A stretch of DNA of 64,000 nucleotides from an uncultured archaeon (GCA_964508365.1 CAZDTP010000006.1:45777-109776), one strand, 5' to 3'. Counted from the first letter of the stretch, positions 47,101-57,860 are shown. Notes: a model not told the origin generated them from the letters alone. Numbers and translations are program-made.

Positions 47101-50010
47101 TTAAGGTAAAAGGAGACTAATTTTTTTCGTAATTTTATGAGTGATGTCGAAGGGATCTTTATAATAAATATTAAGATTTACTTCATCAACTGATGGATCT
47201 GTTAAATTCTTTTCGATATTATGTTTTAATTTTAAGACATAATTAAACTTAAAAACATTTCCAGGTTTCAATTCATTGAGATAAAGATATTTAGGAAAGC
47301 TTTCGCTTCGAAGAAAAGTTAAATAACCAGGGGTCTTAAGAGATATTTGTAAATCTGAAAAAAGTAAATTTGTAGGATTATTCAATTTAAAGTTAAAATA
47401 GAGCTTATTTCCAATTGTTTTTAGATTCTTAAATAAAAGAATATCTCTCGGTTCAACAATATCTTCTATTTTTGGTGAATAGAGATCATCTTTTATAATT
47501 CGTGCATTAAGTTTATTCTTATTTACAAATTTTACAATCTTTTCTTTCAAGACATTAATATCAGTGTCAATATAAGATGCGAGACTTTCTAATTTAATAG
47601 GATTCATAACATCAAGATAATATTTTATTTGACTCAGAGTAAGTTCATCATTACTCTTCTGATTGAAGTTTTTCAATTTGTTTATAAGAACTTCTTTAAA
47701 CGAGACAAATTTAGTTACGGTTGGTCTTGCCCACAGGTTAAAAATATCATTTTCCTCAGTGAGTTTCCCTATAATATTGTCAATCTGATTCTCGTATTCC
47801 ACAATAAAATTTTGAATTTGGTTAGTATTCATTTCTATAAGTTTTCTTGCATCAGAAAACTCACATTTTTTTAATAAAGTATCCAACTTAATTTTTAAAC
47901 CATCAAAATTGTTATTGAACTTTTTTAATCCTTCAATACTTTGCGAAATTATTGATTGAATATGACCTTGAAATAATACAGAGGAGAGGAGATTTAATTT
48001 TTGTTCTTCAGGATTTCCATTAGATTCCTGAATTTCTATTAGAATTCTATCTTTCAAGCTTTTAATTTTTCGATCTAAATCGCTTAGAAATTCTTGTAGT
48101 TCTATTTTCACTCCAACCCATTTGCTTAGCATAGACTTAAAAATTTCGTTAAATTCAACATTATGTACCAAAATTTCTCGAATATCGTCATCCAATTTAA
48201 ACATATAATTTCTAAACTGTGTTATTTGGGTAAACTTCTCTTCAAGATCCGAATTTCCTATATTTTCTAAGATTAGTCCATCTAGTTTTTCCAAAAATTT
48301 AGAATCCCTAGCGTATTCATATTGGGCTTTTAAAATATTTATACGATCTTCTAATAGCTTAATCTTCGACTTTAAATTTGTTGTAAATTCCTCTTTTTTT
48401 TCTTCAAAGACCTCGGAGATGAATCCTTTAATAATACTTAGTTCATCAATTATTGTTACTTTGGTTTCTTCCCAGTCTTCAATTAAATTGAACGCAAGCC
48501 TTTTGTACTCGAACTTGTTTAATCTTTTATTAAATTTCTTAATTTTATTTAAAATTTTACGATAGATTTTATCTAATTCTATTTCAGTTTGTCGGAATTT
48601 GAATTCTTTTATGTAGGAATTCATTTTTTCACGGAATTCGGCGGGAATTTTCTGAAATTCCCGAATTTTTTTTTGAAACACATCTAAATCTTCATTAACT
48701 TCTTGAATTGTTTCGTCAATATTCTGAAATGTCGTTTTAATGTTTTTTATTGTATTAAGAATTTCCTCACTTACATCCGGATCATTTTCTGTTTTTAAAT
48801 TTTTCTCCAGCTCGATAAAAATCCAGACTGCTATTTTCTTACTTTCCAAAATATAGCAGATATTTCGTAATAGGATTATCGTTTTTTTTCGCTCTCGCCA
48901 GTACTTTGATTCTAAAGTATAAAGTATTTTTGTAATCTCGTTTTCTATTTCCACTAAATATTCTTCGTATAGCCGTTTAAAAACAAGCGAAATCCCATCC
49001 CGAACATTTTCTGATGGATTTTCAAACTCCTCAAAGATATAACTAAAAATTTGCATTATATTGTTTTGACATAAATGGTATAGAGCGTTTATAACTACAT
49101 TTCTAAACTCAGAATTTCCAGTACAGAGCGCGGTTATTAAATTAGCCCAAATTTGATCAAAATTATTCTCCGCTATTGTTACTAACGAATCAATTACTTT
49201 TAATTGAATTCGATAATTATTTTCTTTTAAAAGATTAATAAGTTTAGGGATAATAGGGATGATTTCCGATGATTTTTCTTTTCCTATTTCTCCGAAAAGC
49301 CATATGATCAACTCCTTTACTCGCGATTTTTCGTTATAAAGTAGATTAAGTAGGACATAGGTGATTTTTTCTTTCGAAAGAAAATAGGTGCCAAGTATTT
49401 TTAACAGTTCTGCCGCTGATCTGGCAACATCATCATCTTCGTCTCTCAGATTTACTATAATAATCGAAAGCAAAGGTTCGAATTCTCGAATCTTTGTATA
49501 ATCCTGGTTTAAAATTTTTTTCAGCGTTTTAATTACTTGAAGTTTAACTTTCCAATCAGAATCCATTAATTTCTCAGTAAATTCTTCAATAATGTTTTGT
49601 AGTTGCTCCCTATCGATATGTAAAGAAAGAATTAAATTTCCCATAATTTTTACTGCTAAGCGTCGAATTGAGGATTCTTGGTCAAATAAACGTGATCGAA
49701 TCTTATCGATAAGATCAATCAGTAGATTCGGTCGATACATAGTTATTTGGTATAGTATTTCTAAAGACACTAATCTAACCCAAGAATTAATGTCGTTTAT
49801 CAAGTTGCTTAAATTTCTAACTGTTCTTAAGGAAATTGCCGGAGATTTGTCACATATTTTATTTAATAATGTTAAGCTGTCATAGATTAGTTCTTTGTTA
49901 GAAGTTGCAGAATTTTCAATTACTTCAAATAACTCATCAGCTGCTTTTTCATAGCTACCACTTAAAATTAGATCTTCAACCTTTTTTACATCTAAGGTCA
50001 GAATAGTCAA
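47101..50010 (-). CDS. HEAT-repeat solenoid, coiled coil, PCI-like winged helix and Ig-like C-terminal domain
   Basis: Multiple L.D.d..VR..A HEAT repeats; IKLESLASYIDTDINVLKEKIVKFVNKNKLNARI; beta-rich C-terminus. Confidence 0.75.
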   Translation of the reverse strand: MTILTLDVKKVEDLILSGSYEKAADELFEVIENSATSNKELIYDSLTLLNKICDKSPAISLRTVRNLSNLINDINSWVRLVSLEILYQITMYRPNLLIDLIDKIRSRLFDQESSIRRLAVKIMGNLILSLHIDREQLQNIIEEFTEKLMDSDWKVKLQVIKTLKKILNQDYTKIREFEPLLSIIIVNLRDEDDDVARSAAELLKILGTYFLSKEKITYVLLNLLYNEKSRVKELIIWLFGEIGKEKSSEIIPIIPKLINLLKENNYRIQLKVIDSLVTIAENNFDQIWANLITALCTGNSEFRNVVINALYHLCQNNIMQIFSYIFEEFENPSENVRDGISLVFKRLYEEYLVEIENEITKILYTLESKYWRERKKTIILLRNICYILESKKIAVWIFIELEKNLKTENDPDVSEEILNTIKNIKTTFQNIDETIQEVNEDLDVFQKKIREFQKIPAEFREKMNSYIKEFKFRQTEIELDKIYRKILNKIKKFNKRLNKFEYKRLAFNLIEDWEETKVTIIDELSIIKGFISEVFEEKKEEFTTNLKSKIKLLEDRINILKAQYEYARDSKFLEKLDGLILENIGNSDLEEKFTQITQFRNYMFKLDDDIREILVHNVEFNEIFKSMLSKWVGVKIELQEFLSDLDRKIKSLKDRILIEIQESNGNPEEQKLNLLSSVLFQGHIQSIISQSIEGLKKFNNNFDGLKIKLDTLLKKCEFSDARKLIEMNTNQIQNFIVEYENQIDNIIGKLTEENDIFNLWARPTVTKFVSFKEVLINKLKNFNQKSNDELTLSQIKYYLDVMNPIKLESLASYIDTDINVLKEKIVKFVNKNKLNARIIKDDLYSPKIEDIVEPRDILLFKNLKTIGNKLYFNFKLNNPTNLLFSDLQISLKTPGYLTFLRSESFPKYLYLNELKPGNVFKFNYVLKLKHNIEKNLTDPSVDEVNLNIYYKDPFDITHKITKKISLLLP

Positions 50011-50314
50011 GAGCCTACCAGATTATAATTCTATTATTAAACCAATTATTCTTTTGATGTTAATCTTTAAAAATGTTTTTCAATAAAAACAATAAAATTA
50101 GGTTTTTTAAAATTATTGAAGGAAAAAAATTGAATAAGAAAAAGAAAAAACAAACTTGAAATCATTCTTTTATGTCTACACTGGTTATTTTTGCTTGGGT
50201 TACTTTTAAATCTAAAAAAAGATTACAAAAAGATGGCCAAGTAAGTACAAGTTTTATAAAATTTAATAACTCTTTCCTTTTAAATAGAGAAGTTTAACTT
50301 ATAAATTCGAGGCT

Positions 50315-51628
50315 TTGGATAACATGGTTAAGAATTCAAAAGATCAAGAAAAATTTGGTGAAAAAATTTATACATCTCTAATGCTTTTACATGAGATTAA
50401 ACGGGAAGTAGCAAAATTTATACCCATAGAAGATTTATGTAGAGGTGTGCTATCTAATGAGAAATTAAGTATATTATTAGGTCAGGAAAAAAGTCATATC
50501 CAAAATATATTTGAAAAAGCTAGAAAAGACCCTAAATACATAATTGCTCAGAAATTTCTACATGATTATATAACAAATTTAAAATCTAAATTTAATCGAG
50601 ATTGTGAAAATGCTATAAAGAAGATTAAACATTACGCAGTTGTTAATAGTCCTCCTAACAATAATTTAGATAGACTTAGATATTCTCATCCAAATCTTAT
50701 AAAGGATTTTTTTAAAATAGTTGACACTAAAGAAAAAGCATACTGGCTTGGATTTATTTATGCTGATGGTTCAATATATCGAGCTTATAAAGGAGATGAA
50801 TATACTAGGTTTGGAATAAAAATTGCTCGAAAAGATAAGATTTTAATTGAGAGGTTTGCCAAGACGATAAATTTTAATCCCAAATATATTATAGAGTATG
50901 ATAGGACTAAAATAAAGGATGGAGTTGAGGTTCAGTATGAAATGATAAAAATGGAGTTTAAAAGTAAAATATTCACGGATTATTTAAAGGAACTTGGAGT
51001 GGTTCCAGATAAAACATTTCGAATAGAATTACCCAATTTAGGTGGGAGAGAATTGGATTTAGCTTTCCTCCTTGGTTTTTTTGATGGGGATGGGAAACAA
51101 GGATTAACAGTATTAAGATCTGGAAATGCACGATTCTTGGAACAAATAAAGACAAGATATGATCTGCCCTTTGAAGTTAACCCTGATAAAGATAATCCTA
51201 AGGCTTTTTCTTTAAGTCTTGGAAGTATATTATTCAACGAGATGATGTTAAATTATGAATTAAGCCTTCCACGGAAGAGGAAAATCTTTACAGTAAATAA
51301 ATATAAAACAATGAAATTAAGCAAAGCATTAATTAGAGATTTGGTGTGGGAAATGCCCATATATGTAATTGCTAGAATTTATGATCTATCTCAAAGTACA
51401 TTAACAAGATTAATTAATAAATTTGGAATAAAATTACCTCCTAAATCCTATTGGATAAATAAGAATTATTTGGGGAAAGAAAATGAAAAGACATTTGATA
51501 CGTTTTTTGAATTTTATAAAGAAAATCCAAATGAACAAAATAACTTCTATTATAAGAGTTTTCCATTTAATGCACCTTCTACAATTAGGATTTGGTTGTC
51601 CAAAGCAAGAAATTTAATAAAAAAATAA
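50315..51628 (+). CDS. Free-standing double-motif LAGLIDADG endonuclease-like protein
   Basis: YWLGFIYADGSI and FLLGFFDGDG motifs; C-terminal HTH-like segment. Confidence 0.85.
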   Translation: MDNMVKNSKDQEKFGEKIYTSLMLLHEIKREVAKFIPIEDLCRGVLSNEKLSILLGQEKSHIQNIFEKARKDPKYIIAQKFLHDYITNLKSKFNRDCENAIKKIKHYAVVNSPPNNNLDRLRYSHPNLIKDFFKIVDTKEKAYWLGFIYADGSIYRAYKGDEYTRFGIKIARKDKILIERFAKTINFNPKYIIEYDRTKIKDGVEVQYEMIKMEFKSKIFTDYLKELGVVPDKTFRIELPNLGGRELDLAFLLGFFDGDGKQGLTVLRSGNARFLEQIKTRYDLPFEVNPDKDNPKAFSLSLGSILFNEMMLNYELSLPRKRKIFTVNKYKTMKLSKALIRDLVWEMPIYVIARIYDLSQSTLTRLINKFGIKLPPKSYWINKNYLGKENEKTFDTFFEFYKENPNEQNNFYYKSFPFNAPSTIRIWLSKARNLIKK

Positions 51629-51643
51629 CAAAAATAAAAAAAA

Positions 51644-52192
51644 TCATTCAAATAATTCGATAATTGCAGTTCCAGGAGTTGAAACTCGTTCTCTATAGGT
51701 TAGTAAACCTTCTGGAACTTCTTTTGTTTTCACGAGACCACGTTCTATATCCTTTTCGGAAATGTATCCTCTCTCACCTGCTTCAAATTGTTCAACTAAA
51801 TTACCATCATCATCTTTGATATCCACTTTAGTGATAGTCCTCTGTTCTACATCAAAATAGACTCTTTTTCCATCAACATTATTTACTATAGCTTTAGTGA
51901 TTATTCGATCTCCACACCTCACAAATCCTCGCATTTCTATATTGACTTCTATTAAATTTCCTGACTTTCCATGCTCCAAATGGTCTTCAAATAATTTTGT
52001 GATTAAGCCTGTAGAGAATAAACCATGTGCGATTATCCCCTTTAGCCCTGCTCGTTCAGCAACAACATCATTGGTATGAATTGGGTTAGTATCGCCGGAT
52101 GTTTTTGCGTATTCCCGCAGTAAATCCCTAGTAACTCCCTCAAATTGATCTTTTACGACATACCCAACATTATAATCAGATATTTTTGTCAT
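51644..52192 (-). CDS. MaoC-like (R)-specific enoyl-CoA hydratase, catalytic subunit
   Basis: YAKTSGDTNPIH...IAHG hydratase-2 motif. Confidence 0.88.
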   Translation of the reverse strand: MTKISDYNVGYVVKDQFEGVTRDLLREYAKTSGDTNPIHTNDVVAERAGLKGIIAHGLFSTGLITKLFEDHLEHGKSGNLIEVNIEMRGFVRCGDRIITKAIVNNVDGKRVYFDVEQRTITKVDIKDDDGNLVEQFEAGERGYISEKDIERGLVKTKEVPEGLLTYRERVSTPGTAIIELFE

Positions 52193-52193
52193 T

Positions 52194-52694
52194 TTAGTAC
52201 CCTCCTTTCCTAACCCCTGCAGTAATTACTACATCGCATACGGGTTCTTCATTTTGATTTGTTACATTAACTAAGAATTTATAAAATAACATCATATTTT
52301 TCTCATTTAACCATACATCTTCACATGAACCAGTAACTTGTAATTTATCACCAGGTTTGACATCAACGCAACCTTCCCAACTGTAGATGTTTCCTGTGTG
52401 TAACAATTTACCAGGATCGAGCATTATTCCCCGCGTTTTACCATCCTGAACTACATTAAAACCTATGAGTAATTTATACACTGCTTTGATCGTGAAATGG
52501 TTGGCAAATCCATGGCAGGCTACTATCCCACTTTCTTCAGAACCAACATATTTTGTGTCAGTTATTCCATATACTTTTGCAAAGTTCACCAAAGTTTTAT
52601 ATCTAACATTAACTGTAGCAGATCCGGGAATTTTTATTCCTTTAACATTGTTTATTAGAAAAACAGCATTTTTTTTCATTTCTTCGATATCCAT
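52194..52694 (-). CDS. MaoC N-terminal-type hot-dog partner subunit
   Basis: FAKVYG...LLHTGNIYSW...VKPGD; adjacent to the MaoC gene. Confidence 0.7.
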   Translation of the reverse strand: MDIEEMKKNAVFLINNVKGIKIPGSATVNVRYKTLVNFAKVYGITDTKYVGSEESGIVACHGFANHFTIKAVYKLLIGFNVVQDGKTRGIMLDPGKLLHTGNIYSWEGCVDVKPGDKLQVTGSCEDVWLNEKNMMLFYKFLVNVTNQNEEPVCDVVITAGVRKGGY

Positions 52695-52784
52695 AATGAT
52701 TTCACTTCATATTTTTAATTGATATTTATTTAATTTAGATTAATTTTACTTAAATTAACCTAATATTTGAGGTTATTAATAGCT

Positions 52785-53522
52785 TTAGAGTTCAATTTGA
52801 CTGATAATTTTTGTATATATTTTTTTTTCATCAGGTATGTCAGTAGTAAAAAACTCAATTATCCGTTGGTTGTTAGGTCTTCCATTTAGTATATAGCAGG
52901 ACATTTTGTACTTTTCTATTAATTTTAATAAATGTGAATCAATAGGCTTCGATTTCTTAATATTATTATTGTCTTCTATTATTTTATTTAATTGATTGGT
53001 GTCTTTTAACTCGCTATATTTGAGAGTGGAGATAGTTCTAATTAATTCCTTATCGATATTAAAGATACCATCTACATTTTTGATTAAGAAACATCGATTC
53101 AACTTTAGCTTATTAGCAATATAAAGTGCTATAGAGTCCGAAGTTACATCCCAATTATGTGGTAGAGTATCTTCTTCACGGAGAAAACTATATGGAAGGA
53201 AGATACAAAACATTTGTTTAGCGTCTTGAAATGTCTTTAATTCTTCAATAATTTCCCGATCAGGATATTTTCTATTTAATATTATTCCGTTGTAATTCAT
53301 GGAATAAATAGCTATCCAATGAGCTAGGTCGTCTCCGATTTGTAAATCTTTGTCCAATCTTCTAACAGAATTAGAGAAAGTTCCCCCACCAGGGAGAATA
53401 ATGATTTTATGAAGAATTTTTTCTTCATATAATTGAGTCAGTTGGGAGAAAGTTGAATTAATATTGCTAGTATTTTCTAGAATTTTTCCTCCAATTTTAA
53501 AGACCGCTTCTTTATACTGCAT
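52785..53522 (-). CDS. mfnE: Amino-acid-kinase family protein, methanofuran biosynthesis kinase MfnE-like
   Basis: KIGG, PGGGTFSN.VR, HWIAI..M, HNWDVTSDSIA; adjacent to mfnF. Confidence 0.75.
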   Translation of the reverse strand: MQYKEAVFKIGGKILENTSNINSTFSQLTQLYEEKILHKIIILPGGGTFSNSVRRLDKDLQIGDDLAHWIAIYSMNYNGIILNRKYPDREIIEELKTFQDAKQMFCIFLPYSFLREEDTLPHNWDVTSDSIALYIANKLKLNRCFLIKNVDGIFNIDKELIRTISTLKYSELKDTNQLNKIIEDNNNIKKSKPIDSHLLKLIEKYKMSCYILNGRPNNQRIIEFFTTDIPDEKKIYTKIISQIEL

Positions 53523-53537
53523 ACTGATTAATATGTT

Positions 53538-54617
53538 TTATAATTGAAAATAGAAAGCTCCCGCAACAGCAAATGCAGAAGAACTAATATGATCAGGAAT
53601 CCCAGTTATTTGTTCGTAGTTTTTAATGTTACTGTATCCCAATTTTCTTAGCACCTCTTTTATCAAAAACCCTGCAGATAAGCCAGTAATTACAAATATT
53701 GAATTTTGGTCAAATTCAGGCAATTGCCTATTCAAATTGCCCATAAACTCTTTGATATCAATTGAAATCATCTCAATTTGCTTATCATAAATATATTTCG
53801 CTATTATATCTAATTCTTTTGTTGAAATTGATTCAAGATCCATACATATCATTCTTGCTAATCTCGCGTAACAATCATTTAAGGTTTTTGAGCGATTATC
53901 TGCAGTATCGTTAATATATTCTGTTTCAGAAATATTATTTAGTATCCTATGTACATCAGAGACAAGAGCGAATTTTTCGAACGATATTCTAACCATCTTA
54001 TCCTTATAGGGTAAAAAATGCGTAATCGATGGAATAGTTGCTCTTAAGCCTCCCGTGTAAATCAATTCGCGATTCATCAATCTTTCCACATCATTCTTTC
54101 CTCTTGAAACAGGAACAGAATTTAAAATTGGGATTACATCAATAGTAGTTGATCCCGCATCAATAAGAATGCATTTGGGAACAAATTTACCTAAAAATAA
54201 GGAAGTTGATACCCAATTTGTTGCTGCAACTGAAATTGGATCTGATTTAACTTGATCGAAGCCGCTGAATTCATTTCTGTTATTAATAAAAAACATCTTT
54301 TCCTTGTCAAAAATTTGCTCTAAGGCGTTTAATATCGTTAAAATCCCTTCTCGCTTAGTCTGAAAAGCATCTGAGAGTTCAGCAGTAATTGATATTGAAA
54401 TAAAATGTACATCTCCTAAAGGTAAATTTTCTCGCATAATTAGTTTTTCTACAACTCTTTTGAACATAGCAGGAATGTCATTCAAAGTTTTCTCCCAGAA
54501 AGGAAAATATTCAATATAAGAAAAACTTTTATTTATATTATCGTTTTCAATTTGAAGTAAAGCAGCCTTAGTATTTGCACCTCCAATATCGAGTCCTAAA
54601 ATATATTTAGCTTTCAT
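53538..54617 (-). CDS. mfnF: Hydantoinase-A family protein, methanofuran biosynthesis MfnF-like
   Basis: GLDIGGANTKAA, TAELSDAF, IDAGSTTIDVIPI, ELIYTG..R. Confidence 0.8.
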   Translation of the reverse strand: MKAKYILGLDIGGANTKAALLQIENDNINKSFSYIEYFPFWEKTLNDIPAMFKRVVEKLIMRENLPLGDVHFISISITAELSDAFQTKREGILTILNALEQIFDKEKMFFINNRNEFSGFDQVKSDPISVAATNWVSTSLFLGKFVPKCILIDAGSTTIDVIPILNSVPVSRGKNDVERLMNRELIYTGGLRATIPSITHFLPYKDKMVRISFEKFALVSDVHRILNNISETEYINDTADNRSKTLNDCYARLARMICMDLESISTKELDIIAKYIYDKQIEMISIDIKEFMGNLNRQLPEFDQNSIFVITGLSAGFLIKEVLRKLGYSNIKNYEQITGIPDHISSSAFAVAGAFYFQL

Positions 54618-54693
54618 AACTGTATTTTAAGCAATTGAAAAATCCTAACAAAAAATTATACATAAGAATTGAAATAAATGAAAATTTTAAATC

Positions 54694-55188
54694 TTATGAC
54701 GCTTTTTTTCTTCTTTTTCTTGTTTCTTGAACTTCAAAGAGCATTCCTAGCGTTTCTTCCGTATCAAAGTAAGCATAAACTTGTTTTCCGATCGCCCCAT
54801 AATAAATCATCTCGTATCCTTGTTTTTCGAAATACTCGATATAGGTTTCAATGTTTTCAATAAATAGACTAATATGATGAAATCCTTCCCTCCCTTGATC
54901 TAAAAATTCTTTATAGATACAATCTCCACTAATATGTTGTATCAATTCAATTTGTAAACCAAATTGTCGGCTTATAGCTATTTTGGTGTTAATTTCTCCA
55001 TCCTTCCCTCTATATTTAACAATGTCCGTAGTTTCTGGTAAAATCGCAAATTTAGGTACGTTGAAGAGTGTTTCAAAAATCTTAGTTTGTTTTTCAATAT
55101 CTTTATACACAAATCCTAGCTGATCTACTTTTAGATTTCCAAAATTAATATTAAATTCTTCCATAATTATTTTTCTCTGGCTAAGCAT
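54694..55188 (-). CDS. VOC family protein (glyoxalase/methylmalonyl-CoA epimerase-like)
   Basis: DQLGFVY, QIELIQ, GFHHIS, YFDT...LFE. Confidence 0.85.
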   Translation of the reverse strand: MLSQRKIIMEEFNINFGNLKVDQLGFVYKDIEKQTKIFETLFNVPKFAILPETTDIVKYRGKDGEINTKIAISRQFGLQIELIQHISGDCIYKEFLDQGREGFHHISLFIENIETYIEYFEKQGYEMIYYGAIGKQVYAYFDTEETLGMLFEVQETRKRRKKAS

Positions 55189-55283
55189 ATAAAAATTACT
55201 AAATGGAACTATCCTATAAAATAATAAATAATGTTTGTTTATGATAAAAAATCATGTCCTAAGGATGTGAAAGCGTTTGATTA

Positions 55284-56324
55284 TCATTCATTACCACTAT
55301 AACGCTTTGTTATAAATTCTTTTAACAAATCTATATTTTCTCCAGACAAGGCATTAATTAAAAAGTAATCTTTTTCTTCCATATTTATTCTTTTTCTAAG
55401 ATTTTTAATTTCTTCTGCGCTGGCTAAATCTATTTTATTGAATACTATTACTATTTGGATTTTTCCTTCTTTTGTAAAATTATTTTTAATTTCGTGATAT
55501 AAATCTAATTGCGAATCAATTGAATAACCACATGAGGGTGTGGGATCGAACACAAAAATAATTAAATCTGAGATTAATCGCAGAGCTAGAATTGCTTGCA
55601 ATTCAATATTGTTCCTTTTAGACATAGGGCGATCTAAAATTCCAGGTGTGTCTAAAAATTGCAACTTGATTTTGTCAAACCGTTTTTCAATATCGAAATG
55701 CCCCATTATCAGCTTTTTTGTAGTAAAGGGGTATTCTTGCACTTCAATTCGCTTGTTTGTAGATATCTGCTTAACAAAACTACTTTTGCCAACATTAGGG
55801 TAACCTGCAACAACGATACAATTCAGTGTATCATCAATTGAGGGGATTTCTCTTAAACGGCCTCTAATTTTGTTTAAATATTCCAGATTAGGATTCTGTT
55901 TATTAATAATTGAAGATATTCTACCAAACGCAGCCCTTCTTATTCGGTCGGCATCTTTAGGACTTTCAATCTGGCTTAATTTTTTTGAATATTCCCTTTG
56001 GAGTTTTCTCAATAATGGTAAAATTCCGTTTAATTTACCCAGAATTAATCTTAATTCGTCAACATCAACTAAAAGTGAAGCCAACTCTTTGTAAAAATCG
56101 GGTAATTCTTCAATCATCGGAACTCTCTTAATAATGGTTAAAATCCGATCCAATAATTCTTCAATAGCTACTTTAATTCGTTTAGATTCTTTTTTTTTCG
56201 CCTTAAGGAGAATAGGTGCATTTTTAGAAACTTGAGCGCTACTTTTCATAGCTCTACTGAAGGCTATATCTAAGAGTTCTTTTGAAATAGGGACATGAAA
56301 AAAAGATAAAAACGGATTCTTCAT
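55284..56324 (-). CDS. NOG1-family ribosome biogenesis GTPase
   Basis: VAGYPNVGKSS, YPFTTK, DTPGILDR, NKID. Confidence 0.93.
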   Translation of the reverse strand: MKNPFLSFFHVPISKELLDIAFSRAMKSSAQVSKNAPILLKAKKKESKRIKVAIEELLDRILTIIKRVPMIEELPDFYKELASLLVDVDELRLILGKLNGILPLLRKLQREYSKKLSQIESPKDADRIRRAAFGRISSIINKQNPNLEYLNKIRGRLREIPSIDDTLNCIVVAGYPNVGKSSFVKQISTNKRIEVQEYPFTTKKLIMGHFDIEKRFDKIKLQFLDTPGILDRPMSKRNNIELQAILALRLISDLIIFVFDPTPSCGYSIDSQLDLYHEIKNNFTKEGKIQIVIVFNKIDLASAEEIKNLRKRINMEEKDYFLINALSGENIDLLKEFITKRYSGNE

Positions 56325-56385
56325 CGAAGTTCGAAGTTCAAAATTAAAATTATTAGTTACATAAAAGTAGCCTAAGCCTAAAATA

Positions 56386-57747
56386 TTACGATTTCGCTTT
56401 TAAATCCAAAATTTTCTGCTCTACTTCTGAGATTTTATTTGATAAATCAATGCTTTCTTTAGGAATTGATTGGTATAATTCAAGGATATATTGATACCTT
56501 GCCAAGGCTCTTGAGAAATTATTTGAACTTTCTTCCTTTTCAGCCTTTTCTTGAACCAACTTTATCTTTTCAATCTTACTCTTTATATTTGGAGACAAAG
56601 CTGTCTGCTGTTGGCGTAGTTTCTTGCTGTGTTTTTGTTTCTCACTCATTATTTTTGAAACCCTGCTTTGAAATTCTTGCTCCTCTTTTACTTTACTTAC
56701 TCTTACGATTTCTTCTTTCTTTTCTTCTTCTTTTTTATACATATCAATATTCCAGAGTTCTTTCTCTAGGATGCTTATCTGATTGTGCCAGCCAAGCTGA
56801 GTAAATAATTCAATTGCTTGAGTATAGAAGGCTTTTGCTTCGTTGTATTCTTTTTTTTTAAGTTTCTGGTTTCCTTTTTCTAATAATTCTTGTCCTTTAG
56901 CAATTAACTCATCCTTATCCTTTTTTTCTTCCCGTAACATTTGAATCTTATTCTGCTTTTCTTTCCATTTGTTTTCAAAATTCTTTTGTTGGTCTTTCAT
57001 ATTAGATAGTGATGTTTTCTTAAGTTCTTCGTTTCTTTCCTCAGTTAATTTCATCTGTTCAAGCAATTTAGAACCTTTAGGATGAATTGTATTTGAATGA
57101 TTTCTTTTAGTACGTTTATATTCTTCGATCTCAACTGGTTGGGGTTTAGCTCCTAAACCTTGTTGTATTCTTTGCCTCCTTCTCTCAGCGGAAGCTAAGG
57201 CCACAATATCTTTTAAATTTATAGGAATCCCTTTAGATTTTCGTAATTTTGCCATGCGTTGATAGTCTTTTATCTCATTTATTTGCCACAAAATTTGTTT
57301 ACACTCATTTTCAAATTCGAGATGCTTAAATATGCTATAGGCTTCGTTATATAATTTTATTGAGTCTTCATATTTATCTTCAAGAGCTAAATTTCGTGCT
57401 TTTTCTAGAACAACATTACCACTTACTTCAGATATTTGAGTGTTCTCGGATTTTATTTCTCCTAATTTTTCTAAGCTTGATTTAAACTGAGTTTTAGGTT
57501 CAATCTTTTCTTGATCTCTTCCAGACCTTTGTAATGAACTTTTTTCATCTCCCCTTAAATGTTTCAACTGATCAACTTTCTTTATAATTATTGAAACTTG
57601 TCCAGTTAATCCTAATTTAGTGTAATTATCTTTTGCTTTTATTAAAACTGAAATCGCCAATTCGTAATTTTTATCCCTCTCAGCGATTTTCGATTGATTT
57701 TCCAACTCTTCTGCTTCCTTTAATAAATCTGTTTCTCTATTCAGCAT
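56386..57747 (-). CDS. Helical repeat protein with four MIT/TPR-like units and coiled coils
   Basis: Repeats such as KNYELAISVL, KYEDSIKLYNEA, KEYNEAKAFYTQA, NNFSRALARY. Confidence 0.65.
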   Translation of the reverse strand: MLNRETDLLKEAEELENQSKIAERDKNYELAISVLIKAKDNYTKLGLTGQVSIIIKKVDQLKHLRGDEKSSLQRSGRDQEKIEPKTQFKSSLEKLGEIKSENTQISEVSGNVVLEKARNLALEDKYEDSIKLYNEAYSIFKHLEFENECKQILWQINEIKDYQRMAKLRKSKGIPINLKDIVALASAERRRQRIQQGLGAKPQPVEIEEYKRTKRNHSNTIHPKGSKLLEQMKLTEERNEELKKTSLSNMKDQQKNFENKWKEKQNKIQMLREEKKDKDELIAKGQELLEKGNQKLKKKEYNEAKAFYTQAIELFTQLGWHNQISILEKELWNIDMYKKEEEKKEEIVRVSKVKEEQEFQSRVSKIMSEKQKHSKKLRQQQTALSPNIKSKIEKIKLVQEKAEKEESSNNFSRALARYQYILELYQSIPKESIDLSNKISEVEQKILDLKAKS

Positions 57748-57860
57748 CTCTTATCGCTTGGTTATTCCTTAATATAATAAAATAATATAAAAAATTTAAT
57801 AAAATTATTCAATATACTCTCATTAAAGAGGTTAGAAATATAATATAAACTCAAACTAAT

